This document shows, piece by piece, positions 21,295 to 30,883 of a DNA stretch of 59,595 bases. This DNA is from a virus (taxonomy: Duplodnaviria; Caudoviricetes). The stretch lies in the IMG/VR virus record IMGVR_UViG_3300009183_000106, positions 1-59,595 of that record; one strand, written 5' to 3'. The notes under the pieces were generated by a model. The model did no database searches and was not told the origin of the DNA. It was given only the letters and a program-made list of their open reading frames with translations. Numbering within the stretch: the stretch's first letter is position 1; every line of letters starts with the position of its first letter. The position numbers were made by a program, and so were the translations under genes.

Positions 21295-22830
21295 ATGACA
21301 CAGAATAAACTTAGAGTGAAAGGTGTTAATAGTGGTGGTGGAGTTATTTTACCACAATTAATCACTTTCACAAAAGCGGATTACGGAACTGATGTTGATG
21401 TGATATCACAATACTTAACGTTGAAACGTGGGAATAATGCTGGACTGTTTAACACTAATGAAGGGGCAACATATAATGGTACTTTCGAAGGCGGTAAAAA
21501 TCATCTATGGTGTGTGGCAAATGAAGGGGACTTTACGTATGATAGTTATGTGGATTTGTGGAATACATTTGACCCATCAACAATTGACATAACTCAATTA
21601 CAATCTGATTACGAGAATGGTGGTAACCTATTTGATTTTAGTGACAAATCAATGGTTCCTTGGGGTAGGGTTCATAATAGTATGCCTCTTGAAATGTTAA
21701 ACAAAGAAATGATTATGTTGGATGTACTTGATGGTAAATTCTATAAAGTAAAATTCACTCAATGGACTAATGGAGGTGCTGGTGGTGGATTATCTTATAC
21801 TAGACAATTGTTTTATTCAGTACCGGAGGTTCTAGTGGTGAACCTAACTCTACCATTTAATGCTAATGATGGAGATACAATTGATGGACAATTCGGGTCT
21901 TCAACAGGGTATTATAAAGTTGAATATTGGGATGGGACATCTGAGGTATTAGGTGATGGTAAAGTATACGATTCAATTTCAATGAAAGCCGATGGAATAT
22001 CATCATTCTATAAACAATTCAATAGTTCAGACTTAAACAATGGACAAATAGTAATAACTAGTTGCACTTCATATGGGTCACCATCTGGAGACATTATTTT
22101 TGTCGCATTAACTAATCCATGTTATGGTAATTTTGATGTGAATAGTCTAACTAACTTAACTTATTTACATGTTCAGAATAATGAATCACTAACATCACTT
22201 AACGTATCTAGCTTAAGAAACTTAACGTATTTAGATATTAATGATAACCAATTAACTGAGATTTTATTTCCTCAGTTAATTCCATTGGGTGGGGTTATGA
22301 TGATTCCAGAGTTAAAAAGTTTACAGGTTATTGGTAACCCATTACTAACAACACTTATTGGTTTAAATAATTCTAACTTAACAAGTTTAAAAATTGAAAA
22401 TAACAACTCATTAACATCTCTTGATGTGAGTGGTTTATCTAACTTACCAAGTTTAGAGATCAATAGTAACACATCATTAACATCACTTGATGTAACTGGT
22501 TTAATTAACGCAACACTCTTAAGAGTTTATGATAACACATCATTAACATCACTTATTGGTTTAACTGATTTAACTAACTTAACAAGTTTATTTGTTTATT
22601 ATACATCATTAACATCACTTGATATAACTGGTTTAAGTAATTTAATATATTTACAAGCTCGTGAAAATCCATTTGGCGGTACTGGTTATGACAATTTGTT
22701 AATTGAATTGGATACTAACGGTACTTCAGGAGGAACTTTCGCAGCTGGTGGTAGTACGTTTAATAGAACATCTGCTAGTAACGACGCGTTTGCTAATTTG
22801 ATTGACAAAGGTTGGTCTTTGGATATGTGA
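21295..22830 (+). CDS. Leucine-rich-repeat protein 1 with N-terminal non-LRR domain
   Basis: About 22-aa LRRs (LTSLDVSGLSNLPSLEINSN); N-cap ITSC...SGDI and C-cap RTSASN...GW shared with ORF 23090. Confidence 0.85.
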   Translation: MTQNKLRVKGVNSGGGVILPQLITFTKADYGTDVDVISQYLTLKRGNNAGLFNTNEGATYNGTFEGGKNHLWCVANEGDFTYDSYVDLWNTFDPSTIDITQLQSDYENGGNLFDFSDKSMVPWGRVHNSMPLEMLNKEMIMLDVLDGKFYKVKFTQWTNGGAGGGLSYTRQLFYSVPEVLVVNLTLPFNANDGDTIDGQFGSSTGYYKVEYWDGTSEVLGDGKVYDSISMKADGISSFYKQFNSSDLNNGQIVITSCTSYGSPSGDIIFVALTNPCYGNFDVNSLTNLTYLHVQNNESLTSLNVSSLRNLTYLDINDNQLTEILFPQLIPLGGVMMIPELKSLQVIGNPLLTTLIGLNNSNLTSLKIENNNSLTSLDVSGLSNLPSLEINSNTSLTSLDVTGLINATLLRVYDNTSLTSLIGLTDLTNLTSLFVYYTSLTSLDITGLSNLIYLQARENPFGGTGYDNLLIELDTNGTSGGTFAAGGSTFNRTSASNDAFANLIDKGWSLDM

Positions 22831-22844
22831 TAACACAATCAAAA

Positions 22845-22872
22845 AACACCAAGGTAGAAATATCTTGGTGTT
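22845..22872 (+). terminator. Stem-loop with GAAA tetraloop after LRR gene 1
   Basis: aacaccaaggta-gaaa-tatcttggtgtt. Confidence 0.6.
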
Positions 22873-22908
22873 ATTATAACAATAAACAAATGACAAAAAA
22901 TTAAAAGT

Positions 22909-23061
22909 ATGGAAAAAGAAAGAAAGGTAAAATCCTTGATGCCATTTAAGATGTTAAAACGTTTTAAAACGAATGGAGAAGCTGAGTTGGAAACTCTTGG
23001 ACTTAATAATAATAGAATGGGATTCAAACACCCAGAATTTCCAAAGTTTGATAAAAAATAA
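22909..23061 (+). CDS. Small basic hypothetical protein (50 aa), not in the ORF track
   Basis: Translates MEKERKVKSLMPFKMLKRFKTNGEAELETLGLNNNRMGFKHPEFPKFDKK*; fills the gap between the LRR genes on the operon strand. Confidence 0.45.
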   Translation: MEKERKVKSLMPFKMLKRFKTNGEAELETLGLNNNRMGFKHPEFPKFDKK

Positions 23062-23089
23062 TAATAAACAATTAAATAACTAAAAAATT

Positions 23090-25153
23090 ATGGCAACATT
23101 CATAACATCCAAATCAGTTGGAGAAACAATCTACATTTCTGTTCATGCAACTGGATATTGGAAATATAATCACGATGGAAGTGATTCAAGTGTATTTGTA
23201 AGTGGGGAACAAACAATCTCAGTAACAAACGTAAACGGTGAATTCACAATTATATCATGTGATTCAGATGGTAATGTAAGTGGGAATATAACTTATTTGG
23301 ATTTATATAATAACCAATTAACATCATTTGACGGAACTGGTTTAACAGGTTTAACTATTTTGGGTTTATCTACTAACCAATTAACATCATTTGACGGAAC
23401 TGGTTTAACAGGTTTAACTTATTTGTATTTACAGAGTAACCAATTAACATCATTTGATGGAACTGGTTTATCTAGTTTAACTACTTTGGAATTAACTAGT
23501 AACCTCTTAACATCATTTGACGGAACTGGTTTATCTAGTTTAACTGAGTTGCATTTAAGTGGACCTAGAGGTGGTGGTGGGACACTAACCTCAGTTAGTA
23601 ACCTTCCATCTAGTTTAACTAACTTGTATTTACAAACTAACCAATTAACATCATTTGACGGAACTGATTTATCTAGTTTAATTACTTTGAATTTAAATAA
23701 TAACCAATTAACATCATTTGACGGAACTGATTTATCTAGTTTAACTGGTTTGTATTTAACAGGTAACTTATTAACATCATTTGACGGAACTGGGTTATCT
23801 AGTTTAACTGATTTACGTTTACAAGGTAACCAATTAACATCATTTGACGGAACTGGATTATCTAGTTTAACTAGTTTGGGTTTACAAATTAACCAATTAA
23901 CATCATTTGACGGAACTGGTTTATCTAGTTTAACTGATTTGGAGTTACAAAATAACCTCTTAACATCATTTGACGGAACTGGTTTATCTGGTTTAACTTA
24001 TTTGGGTTTAGGTAGTAATCAATTAACATCATTTGATGGAACTGGATTATCTAGTTTAACTAGTTTGAATTTAATGGGACTTAAAAGTGGTGGTACATTA
24101 ACTTCGGTTAGTAACTTACCATCAAGTTTAACTAATTTACTTTTAAATAGTAATCAATTAACTTCATTTGACGGAACTGGTTTATCTAGTTTAACTTATT
24201 TGGGTTTAGATAATAACCAATTAACATCATTGGATGGGACCGGATTATCTGGTTTAATTGAGTTGTATTTACAATATAACCAATTAACATCATTTGACGG
24301 AACTGGATTATTTAGTTTAACTACTTTGGTTTTAAATAGTAACCAATTAACATCATTTGACGGAACTGATTTATCTGATTTAACTGTTTTAAATTTAGAT
24401 AGTAACCAATTAACATCATTTGACGGAACAGGTTTATCTAGTTTAACTGGGTTGAATTTACAGAGTAACCAATTAACATCATTTGATGGAACTGGTTTAT
24501 CTAGTTTAACTAGTTTGAAGTTATATGGTAACCCACTTACAACATTTATTGGTGGGGACATGGGTCAAATGAGTGAGTTGAATTTAAATAATTTACAATT
24601 AACATCATTTGATGGAACTGGATTATCTAGTTTAACTTCTTTGGAATTAAATAGTAACCAATTAACATCAATTGATGTGACTGGTTTATCAAGTTTAACT
24701 TATTTGGTTTTAAATAATAACCAATTAACATCATTGGATGTGACTGGTTTATCTGGTTTAACTTCATTAAATTTAAGTGGTAACCAATTAACACCATCTG
24801 TAAACAATCAAGTCTTACATCAACTTAATCAAAATGGAATAATTGAAGGTAGTTTTCAATCTAGTGGTGGAAGAACATCAGCAAGTAACGCTGATTATGA
24901 TAACCTAGTAAGTTTAGGTTGGTATTTTGAAGGTTTAGATTTAATCATTGTTGGAAGTGGTAAACTAAGAGTAAAAGGAGTTAATAGTGGTGGAACTCCT
25001 CCACCCCCAACACCACAACCATGGGATGGCGGAACGATTTATAACATTGGTGCTGTCGTAACCCTTTCCAGACAAACTTGGAATTGTATCCAATATGCTC
25101 CAGCTGGTTACGGTCCATTTGGTGGATATATTGATGTTTATTGGACTTTATAA
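23090..25153 (+). CDS. Leucine-rich-repeat protein 2 (about 24 x 21-aa LRR) with C-terminal CBM5/12-like module
   Basis: NQLTSFDGTGLSSLTxLxLxx repeats; tail WDGGTIYNIGAVV....TWNC...P...W after a Pro linker. Confidence 0.85.
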   Translation: MATFITSKSVGETIYISVHATGYWKYNHDGSDSSVFVSGEQTISVTNVNGEFTIISCDSDGNVSGNITYLDLYNNQLTSFDGTGLTGLTILGLSTNQLTSFDGTGLTGLTYLYLQSNQLTSFDGTGLSSLTTLELTSNLLTSFDGTGLSSLTELHLSGPRGGGGTLTSVSNLPSSLTNLYLQTNQLTSFDGTDLSSLITLNLNNNQLTSFDGTDLSSLTGLYLTGNLLTSFDGTGLSSLTDLRLQGNQLTSFDGTGLSSLTSLGLQINQLTSFDGTGLSSLTDLELQNNLLTSFDGTGLSGLTYLGLGSNQLTSFDGTGLSSLTSLNLMGLKSGGTLTSVSNLPSSLTNLLLNSNQLTSFDGTGLSSLTYLGLDNNQLTSLDGTGLSGLIELYLQYNQLTSFDGTGLFSLTTLVLNSNQLTSFDGTDLSDLTVLNLDSNQLTSFDGTGLSSLTGLNLQSNQLTSFDGTGLSSLTSLKLYGNPLTTFIGGDMGQMSELNLNNLQLTSFDGTGLSSLTSLELNSNQLTSIDVTGLSSLTYLVLNNNQLTSLDVTGLSGLTSLNLSGNQLTPSVNNQVLHQLNQNGIIEGSFQSSGGRTSASNADYDNLVSLGWYFEGLDLIIVGSGKLRVKGVNSGGTPPPPTPQPWDGGTIYNIGAVVTLSRQTWNCIQYAPAGYGPFGGYIDVYWTL
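23290..24795 (+). repeat. 63-bp coding tandem repeat (LRR array)
   Basis: Near-identical core aaccaattaacatcatttgacggaactggtttatctagtttaact. Confidence 0.95.
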
Positions 25154-25169
25154 TTAATATTAACACAAC

Positions 25170-25200
25170 AAAAGAAGGGACTCAATCGAGTCCCTTTTTT
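25170..25200. terminator. Bidirectional intrinsic terminator between convergent genes
   Basis: aaaagaagggactc-aatc-gagtccctttttt. Confidence 0.8.
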
Positions 25201-25218
25201 ATATCATAGAAATGATAT

Positions 25219-26418
25219 TTATTTTAAGTTTTTATACAAATTTGTTTTCGGATTATATTCCAAACCATCATTACCCCCATTAAACAAGTTATAAATTAAT
25301 TTATCATATGTTTTAACCAATTTCATATTATCCGCATGATATCTCATCAATACCTTATCGTTACGTTCATTATAGGAATCAATATTTTTATCATGCTCAG
25401 TTAATATATAATCCAATTGTTTAGCACCATCAACGGTATCTGAACCTTCATAATAATAACCCAAATCTTTACACATCGGAGCGTTATGTAATACAGGATA
25501 TCCCATATACGCAGCATCCAAATAAATGTAATTTAATGGATTTAATATTTGATGACAGATTAATACGTCAATATGTTGGGTTAATATAAATGCTGTTTGG
25601 TATCTACTTTCAGATGTTATTTTATTGTCTTTAAATAAATCAAAAGTCCTAATCATACCCATGAACTCCTTGTGTTTGGCAACTTTCTCGGAATTGGTCA
25701 ACATTAACTTATCTATATGTTCTTTACCAATCTCACCTCGATAAGACTCTTCGGAAATCATTGCTGGTATAAGACAAAATTTAACCATGTTAAGGTTCGG
25801 TTCCATCACACCCAATCGTTTCTTTTCTTTACCGATGTTGTATCGATAATCTTTTTTAAATGAACCCTTTTTAAATCCTTTTTCAATATCAACAAGAGCC
25901 TCTAGTAGATATTGGTGATGCCATATGAAAGGAACGATAAACGCTTTAGACCGATATAGGGTATGATAATAACCACAATTAGTTTCATGTTGTTGAGGTA
26001 TATACCATATTTCATCATATGCTTCATCGAATTGATATGCTTTATTCTCATCTTCTTTAAATAGAATGTTCTCAGCACTTAGAATATAATTGTTACCGCA
26101 TTTGTATGCAATTATTTTTTTATTCGGTTTTGATTTAAACTTCTCAATTTCAGATTTATTAATCTGAGCTCCCATAACGATTAACAAATCCATGTCTTCG
26201 TAGTGATCCCTAAAGTTACAAATGTTAACATCGGTTAAATAACTTGGTTTAGTCGACCAATCAACATCGATTGTGTTTAATAAAGTTATTTCATATTTCT
26301 CATTCGAGTTTTTTAACAACTTAGTTAACATCAATATGTTTTGTTTAATTCCGTTTGTCCAAATCGACTCTTTATTATCTTTTAGACCGAGTGTAATTCC
26401 AATTTTTAAATTTTTCAT
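25219..26418 (-). CDS. DUF2827-like protein (probable GT-B-fold glycosyltransferase-like)
   Basis: IGIT....SIWTNGIKQN, MEPNLNMVK, HQILNPLNYIYLDAAYMGYPVLHNA, LGYYY. Confidence 0.7.
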   Translation of the reverse strand: MKNLKIGITLGLKDNKESIWTNGIKQNILMLTKLLKNSNEKYEITLLNTIDVDWSTKPSYLTDVNICNFRDHYEDMDLLIVMGAQINKSEIEKFKSKPNKKIIAYKCGNNYILSAENILFKEDENKAYQFDEAYDEIWYIPQQHETNCGYYHTLYRSKAFIVPFIWHHQYLLEALVDIEKGFKKGSFKKDYRYNIGKEKKRLGVMEPNLNMVKFCLIPAMISEESYRGEIGKEHIDKLMLTNSEKVAKHKEFMGMIRTFDLFKDNKITSESRYQTAFILTQHIDVLICHQILNPLNYIYLDAAYMGYPVLHNAPMCKDLGYYYEGSDTVDGAKQLDYILTEHDKNIDSYNERNDKVLMRYHADNMKLVKTYDKLIYNLFNGGNDGLEYNPKTNLYKNLK

Positions 26419-26990
26419 TTTGTTATATTTACGTGTTTGTTTATAAATTTTAATACTACTTCATCTTTTATTTCTTGCGTCGGAGCATGTACCCACAACC
26501 ATAAAAATGATGTCTCTAAGTCCGACATCTCTTTTCGTTTTAATAAAATAACCTCCATTATGTTTTCCACATCTTCACCTTCCAATTCGACATCGATATT
26601 TAACTCAACACATATCATATATAACTCAAGTAGGTTGTTATCTGCATATGATTCCTTGGCTTTAATATATGTATCTAACATTTCTTCAGAATCTATTTTA
26701 TCAGGATGCGTAACTTTTACGATGTCCCTATAGATTTTTTTCATCTTACGTTTGGTGTGATCATTGACGTTTTTAATTTTGGGTTCCTTTTCTACCTTAT
26801 CTTTAGGTTCGGTAGGTATTTCAGGTTCAGGTGACGACACACCCAACTCTTTTTTCTTATCCTCTATCGATTTTAAAAACTCGCTACGGTTATCTCCAAT
26901 TACTTCCCTTTTATATTCGTCATCAATCAACAAGAAATTATATTCCTGTAGTAGTTTTTTAATCTCTAATTTTTTTATTTTATCACTCAT
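26415..26990 (-). CDS. J-domain (DnaJ-like) protein
   Basis: KKIYRDIVKVTHPDK with HPD motif. Confidence 0.75.
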   Translation of the reverse strand: MSDKIKKLEIKKLLQEYNFLLIDDEYKREVIGDNRSEFLKSIEDKKKELGVSSPEPEIPTEPKDKVEKEPKIKNVNDHTKRKMKKIYRDIVKVTHPDKIDSEEMLDTYIKAKESYADNNLLELYMICVELNIDVELEGEDVENIMEVILLKRKEMSDLETSFLWLWVHAPTQEIKDEVVLKFINKHVNITK

Positions 26991-27027
26991 CCACCAATGG
27001 TGTTTTTAAATTTATCGTCCTGATACT

Positions 27028-27056
27028 ATAAATATTAGAGATAGCCGGATATTTAT
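27028..27056. promoter_or_regulatory. Back-to-back divergent TATTTAT motifs
   Basis: ATAAATA at 27028-27034 (minus strand, for 26990) and TATTTAT at 27050-27056 (plus strand, for 27071). Confidence 0.6.
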
Positions 27057-27070
27057 AGTAAAAAGGTGTT

Positions 27071-27262
27071 ATGAAAATATTATTACATATATTCCATTTG
27101 GTTCCGATTATCGGGCTTGGAATTTTAGGGTTTCTTTATCCAGGGTGGTATCAAGATGGTTACTTAGATGATTTATACCCTAGAATTGGGGCGTTCGTAG
27201 CTATTTACGGTGGGTTTATCGGATCATTAATATGGTATATACAAAATTTCAAGAACTTATGA
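27071..27262 (+). CDS. Small two-TM membrane protein
   Basis: Two hydrophobic segments in 63 aa. Confidence 0.6.
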   Translation: MKILLHIFHLVPIIGLGILGFLYPGWYQDGYLDDLYPRIGAFVAIYGGFIGSLIWYIQNFKNL

Positions 27263-27645
27263 TGGTACTTATTGGATTGTTTTGTTTCATATTGGCTGGC
27301 ATTTTTGAAGGGATAATGGATACATTACAATTTCACTTTTCGGGTTCACCATTTTTTAATTTTAAAAATAAACTTTTTTGGAATCCAGAGATTTCTTGGA
27401 AAAATAAATATAAAGATGGCGATCCAATGGGTGGACCTAAATTCCCGTTCTCAACGAATCTATTAGTGGGGCTTACCGATGGATGGCATCTATTTAAATT
27501 GTTAAGGACATTTTTTATCTTCGCTGGTGTATTTTTCATTTTTATCCCCTGCCAAACAACAATGATATGTTTAATGTATGTATTTATATCAAGAATAGTA
27601 TACGGAGTGGCATTTAGTTTATCTTACGATTATTTATTTAAATAA
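27259..27645 (+). CDS. Membrane protein (SWKNKY / TDGWHLFK type)
   Basis: Hydrophobic segments; likely start at 27259 through an ATGA overlap with the upstream stop. Confidence 0.6.
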   Translation: MMVLIGLFCFILAGIFEGIMDTLQFHFSGSPFFNFKNKLFWNPEISWKNKYKDGDPMGGPKFPFSTNLLVGLTDGWHLFKLLRTFFIFAGVFFIFIPCQTTMICLMYVFISRIVYGVAFSLSYDYLFK

Positions 27646-27649
27646 CATT

Positions 27650-27933
27650 ATGGAATTTTTTATAGGAAAGGACTCATCATTACCCATTTTAAAAATGGAT
27701 GTTGTTAAAGACGGTAGAACTGACTCGTCAAAAAACTTCTATGACAGTATGGTGAATTCAAAAGTTAGGTTTTCAATGAAAAACTTTATATAAATGTACA
27801 AGAAAGTTTCATTGCGGACGATCTTCCGTATGAATCTTGTTATGTTGTTGTTGATAAAGTTATGAAATATGAATTTGGTATTGGTTGGAGTGATATTACC
27901 GATAGTTATAACACTGGATTACCAATTGACTAA
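27650..27933 (+). pseudogene. Internally deleted, frame-broken paralogue of the gene at 15116
   Basis: 27650-27793 MEFFIGKDSSLPILKMDVVKDGR...RFSM matches the 15116 N-terminus; 27781-27850 in another frame encodes KLYINVQESFIADDLPYESCYVV, identical to the 15116 protein. Confidence 0.8.
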
Positions 27934-27954
27934 TTAAAAAAAATAACAAATCAG

Positions 27955-27986
27955 TTGATAAGAGTAATTTTTACTCCTATATTTAT
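27955..27986 (+). promoter_or_regulatory. Sigma70-like promoter (TTGATA-N17-TATATT) overlapping a TATTTAT motif, upstream of DNA polymerase
   Basis: -35 at 27955-27960, -10 at 27978-27983; spacer holds the inverted repeat gagtaa-ttt-ttactc. Confidence 0.55.
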
Positions 27987-27993
27987 TTTACGA

Positions 27994-28018
27994 AGGTAAA
28001 TGCCGACCTAATTCGGCA
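27994..28018 (+). promoter_or_regulatory. Candidate H-type pseudoknot / hairpin in the DNA polymerase 5' leader
   Basis: AGGT-aaa-TGCCG-ACCT-aatt-CGGCA. Confidence 0.5.
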
Positions 28019-28046
28019 GCTAATAAACCAACTAAAATAATTTATA

Positions 28047-30830
28047 GTGATAACACAAGAAGAAATTAAAAGTTTCCTAGAAGGGAACGATCCAGAGGAA
28101 CATATTGTTTCCGTAGAGTTTGATTACGTATCGGACCACATTTTCAAAATTAAAGAAGTACCTGGTAAAGGTAAAATTATACAACAAGATTCACTAATAG
28201 CGTTTGCTTGGGTTGGTGATCTACGTGGTCTTAACTTTTACGAAGGGTCCAAAGCATTGCAAAAACAGGCTATGGGCAAATACGGCATCCTCATAGAAAA
28301 ACTCCGAACAGATGGTAATGAACGATTAGAAGAAGGATTAACTTTTATAGTTAAATCCATTAAGGGGTATCGATCATTAACTCAATTTTTCCGTGATGGT
28401 GGAATTGACCCCTGGGGTGAAAAGGCAAAAGATAAAATCTTGATGGTCTCTCCTGTAGAACAATACCTCATCTCAAAGGAGAAACGATTATTCAAAGGGT
28501 TTGATGAATACAATGACATTACTAGATTTGTATTTGACCTTGAGACGACCTCATTGGAACCAAAGGATGGTCGTATCTTTATGATTGGAATGAAAACAAA
28601 TAAAGGATTCCAAAAAGTTATTGAATGTTCAAACGAAGATGAAGAGCGTGCGGGACTTGTGGAATTCTTCAAAACAATAGATCAACTTAAACCATCAATC
28701 ATTGCGGGTTATAACTCAGCAAACTTTGACTGGTTTTGGATATTCGAAAGATGTAAGGCATTACATTTAGATATTAAGAAAATTGCAATCTCAATGAACG
28801 CAAAGAAGACGATATCTCAAAAAGAATCAATGTTAAAATTAGCAAATGAGGTTGAGAGATTTAATCAGGTACAAATGTGGGGTTATAACGTAATTGATAT
28901 TATTCATTCAGTTCGTAGATCACAAGCAATCAACTCAAACATTAAAGAGGCCGGTTTGAAGTATATTACCAAGTTTATTGATGCCGAAGCAAAAGATCGT
29001 ATCTATATTGACCACACAAGTATTGGTTCAATGTATGCAGAAAAAGATGAGTATTGGTTAAATGTAGAAAATGGTAATTACAAAAAGGTTGGTATTGACC
29101 CAAAGGTAGATGAGATATGCGTAAGACGGGGGGATATTTACCTTAAAACAACGGGGGACGACATAGTTGAGCGTTATCTTGATGATGACCTTGAGGAAAC
29201 GTTGATTGTGGATGACGAGTTCAACCAAGCAACATTTCTATTGGCATCGTTGGTTCCAACAACATATGAGAGAGCATCCACAATTGGAACAGCGACTCTT
29301 TGGAAAATGGTAATGTTGGCATGGTCATATAAACATGGATTAGCAATACCACAGAAAAAAGAAAAAAGAAACTTTGTTGGTGGATTATCTAGATTATTAA
29401 AAGTTGGGTATTCTAAGAACGTATTAAAGCTTGATTACTCCTCACTATACCCATCCATTCAGTTAGTTCACGACGTGTTCCCTGAATGTGATATAACGGG
29501 AGCAATGAAGGGGTTATTAACCTATTTCCGTAACTCTCGTATTATGTATAAGAACTTGGCAGCAGAATATAAAACCATAGATAAGAAGAAATCAACATCA
29601 TACGATCGAAAACAATTGCCGATTAAGATTTTTATTAACGCATTCTTCGGATCATTATCCGCTCCACACGTATTTCCGTGGGGCGACATTGATAAGGGAG
29701 AACAAATAACAACAACGGGAAGACAATATTTAAGACAAATGGTTAAATTTTTTACAAAACGAGGTTATACCGCATCAGTGTTAGATACTGACGGTGTTAA
29801 CTTTTCATTACCGGAAGGTGGTGTTGATGACCGTGTTTATATTGGTAAAGGAAATAACTCTTTAATTGTAAAAGGTAAAACATATATCGGTTATGATGCT
29901 GATGTTGCAGAGTTTAACGATATTTTTATGAAGGGGGAGATGTTTTTAGATTGTGATGGGACTTGGGATTCTTGTATTAACTTGGCTCGTAAGAACTATG
30001 CGACGATGGAACACAATGGTAAAGTCAAATTTACTGGTAATAGTATTAAGTCCAAAAAAATGCCAAAATACATTGAGAAGTTTTTGGATAAGGGTATTAA
30101 ACAATTACTTAGAGGTGAGGGAAAAGAATTTATTGATTGGTATTATGAATATATTCAAAAGATATTTGACCTAAGAGTTCCGTTGGCAGAGATTGCATCA
30201 AAAGCAAGAGTTAAAATAAGTGTTGAGGATTACATTAAACGTAGTAAACAAACAACAAAGTCGGGTAGTTTAATGTCAAGACAGGCTCATATGGAACTTA
30301 TTATTAGAGATGGGATACAATCAAATCTTGGTGATACGATTCTTTATGTGAATAACGGAACAAAGGCATCTCACGGAGACGTTCAAAAAGTTAATGAAAA
30401 AATGACTAAGAAGGAAGTGGATTTATTTTTTGATATTAATGGTAGTAAACCTATTTTGGGGTCTCACGTCCAATTAAATTGTTATCGTATTGAGCCGTCC
30501 GATTTAGAAAATAACCCTGAGATGTTGGGAGAATATAACATACAAAGAGCCATTGCAACATTCAATAAACGAGTGGAACCATTGTTAATCGTATTTGATA
30601 ATGAGGTTAGAGATACGTTATTAGTTAAAAATCCGGAGGATAGAAGTTTTTATACTTCAGGACAATGTGTGTTAACAAATGGCAACCCATTCAATCCTGA
30701 AGACCAAGATGATTTGGTTGATCTATTAACCATAACCCCAGAAGAATTATCTTTTTGGGATAATGTTGGTATTAGTCCTGACCATATATATGACTTAGCA
30801 GAGCCTGGATGGGAAGAACATATTAACTAA
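28047..30830 (+). CDS. polB: Family B DNA polymerase with 3'-5' exonuclease
   Basis: Exo FDLETT and GYNSANFDW; motif A LDYSSLYPS; motif B KIFINAFFG; motif C DTDG; KNYA; GTG start. Confidence 0.95.
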   Translation: MITQEEIKSFLEGNDPEEHIVSVEFDYVSDHIFKIKEVPGKGKIIQQDSLIAFAWVGDLRGLNFYEGSKALQKQAMGKYGILIEKLRTDGNERLEEGLTFIVKSIKGYRSLTQFFRDGGIDPWGEKAKDKILMVSPVEQYLISKEKRLFKGFDEYNDITRFVFDLETTSLEPKDGRIFMIGMKTNKGFQKVIECSNEDEERAGLVEFFKTIDQLKPSIIAGYNSANFDWFWIFERCKALHLDIKKIAISMNAKKTISQKESMLKLANEVERFNQVQMWGYNVIDIIHSVRRSQAINSNIKEAGLKYITKFIDAEAKDRIYIDHTSIGSMYAEKDEYWLNVENGNYKKVGIDPKVDEICVRRGDIYLKTTGDDIVERYLDDDLEETLIVDDEFNQATFLLASLVPTTYERASTIGTATLWKMVMLAWSYKHGLAIPQKKEKRNFVGGLSRLLKVGYSKNVLKLDYSSLYPSIQLVHDVFPECDITGAMKGLLTYFRNSRIMYKNLAAEYKTIDKKKSTSYDRKQLPIKIFINAFFGSLSAPHVFPWGDIDKGEQITTTGRQYLRQMVKFFTKRGYTASVLDTDGVNFSLPEGGVDDRVYIGKGNNSLIVKGKTYIGYDADVAEFNDIFMKGEMFLDCDGTWDSCINLARKNYATMEHNGKVKFTGNSIKSKKMPKYIEKFLDKGIKQLLRGEGKEFIDWYYEYIQKIFDLRVPLAEIASKARVKISVEDYIKRSKQTTKSGSLMSRQAHMELIIRDGIQSNLGDTILYVNNGTKASHGDVQKVNEKMTKKEVDLFFDINGSKPILGSHVQLNCYRIEPSDLENNPEMLGEYNIQRAIATFNKRVEPLLIVFDNEVRDTLLVKNPEDRSFYTSGQCVLTNGNPFNPEDQDDLVDLLTITPEELSFWDNVGISPDHIYDLAEPGWEEHIN

Positions 30831-30883
30831 AAATTAATAATAAAAGTTTGAATTTTACTAAAAACCAAAATATTTATATATAT

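Noticed and set aside
23290-24795. CRISPR-like look of constant repeat plus variable spacer
   Set aside because: Period is 63 bp and in frame, variable parts are about 18 nt with fixed Leu codons, and no cas genes are present; it is a coding LRR array.
27991-28036. preQ1-I riboswitch, because of the AACTAA tail
   Set aside because: Lacks the conserved loop sequence and stem layout, and the downstream gene is unrelated; kept only as a generic pseudoknot candidate.
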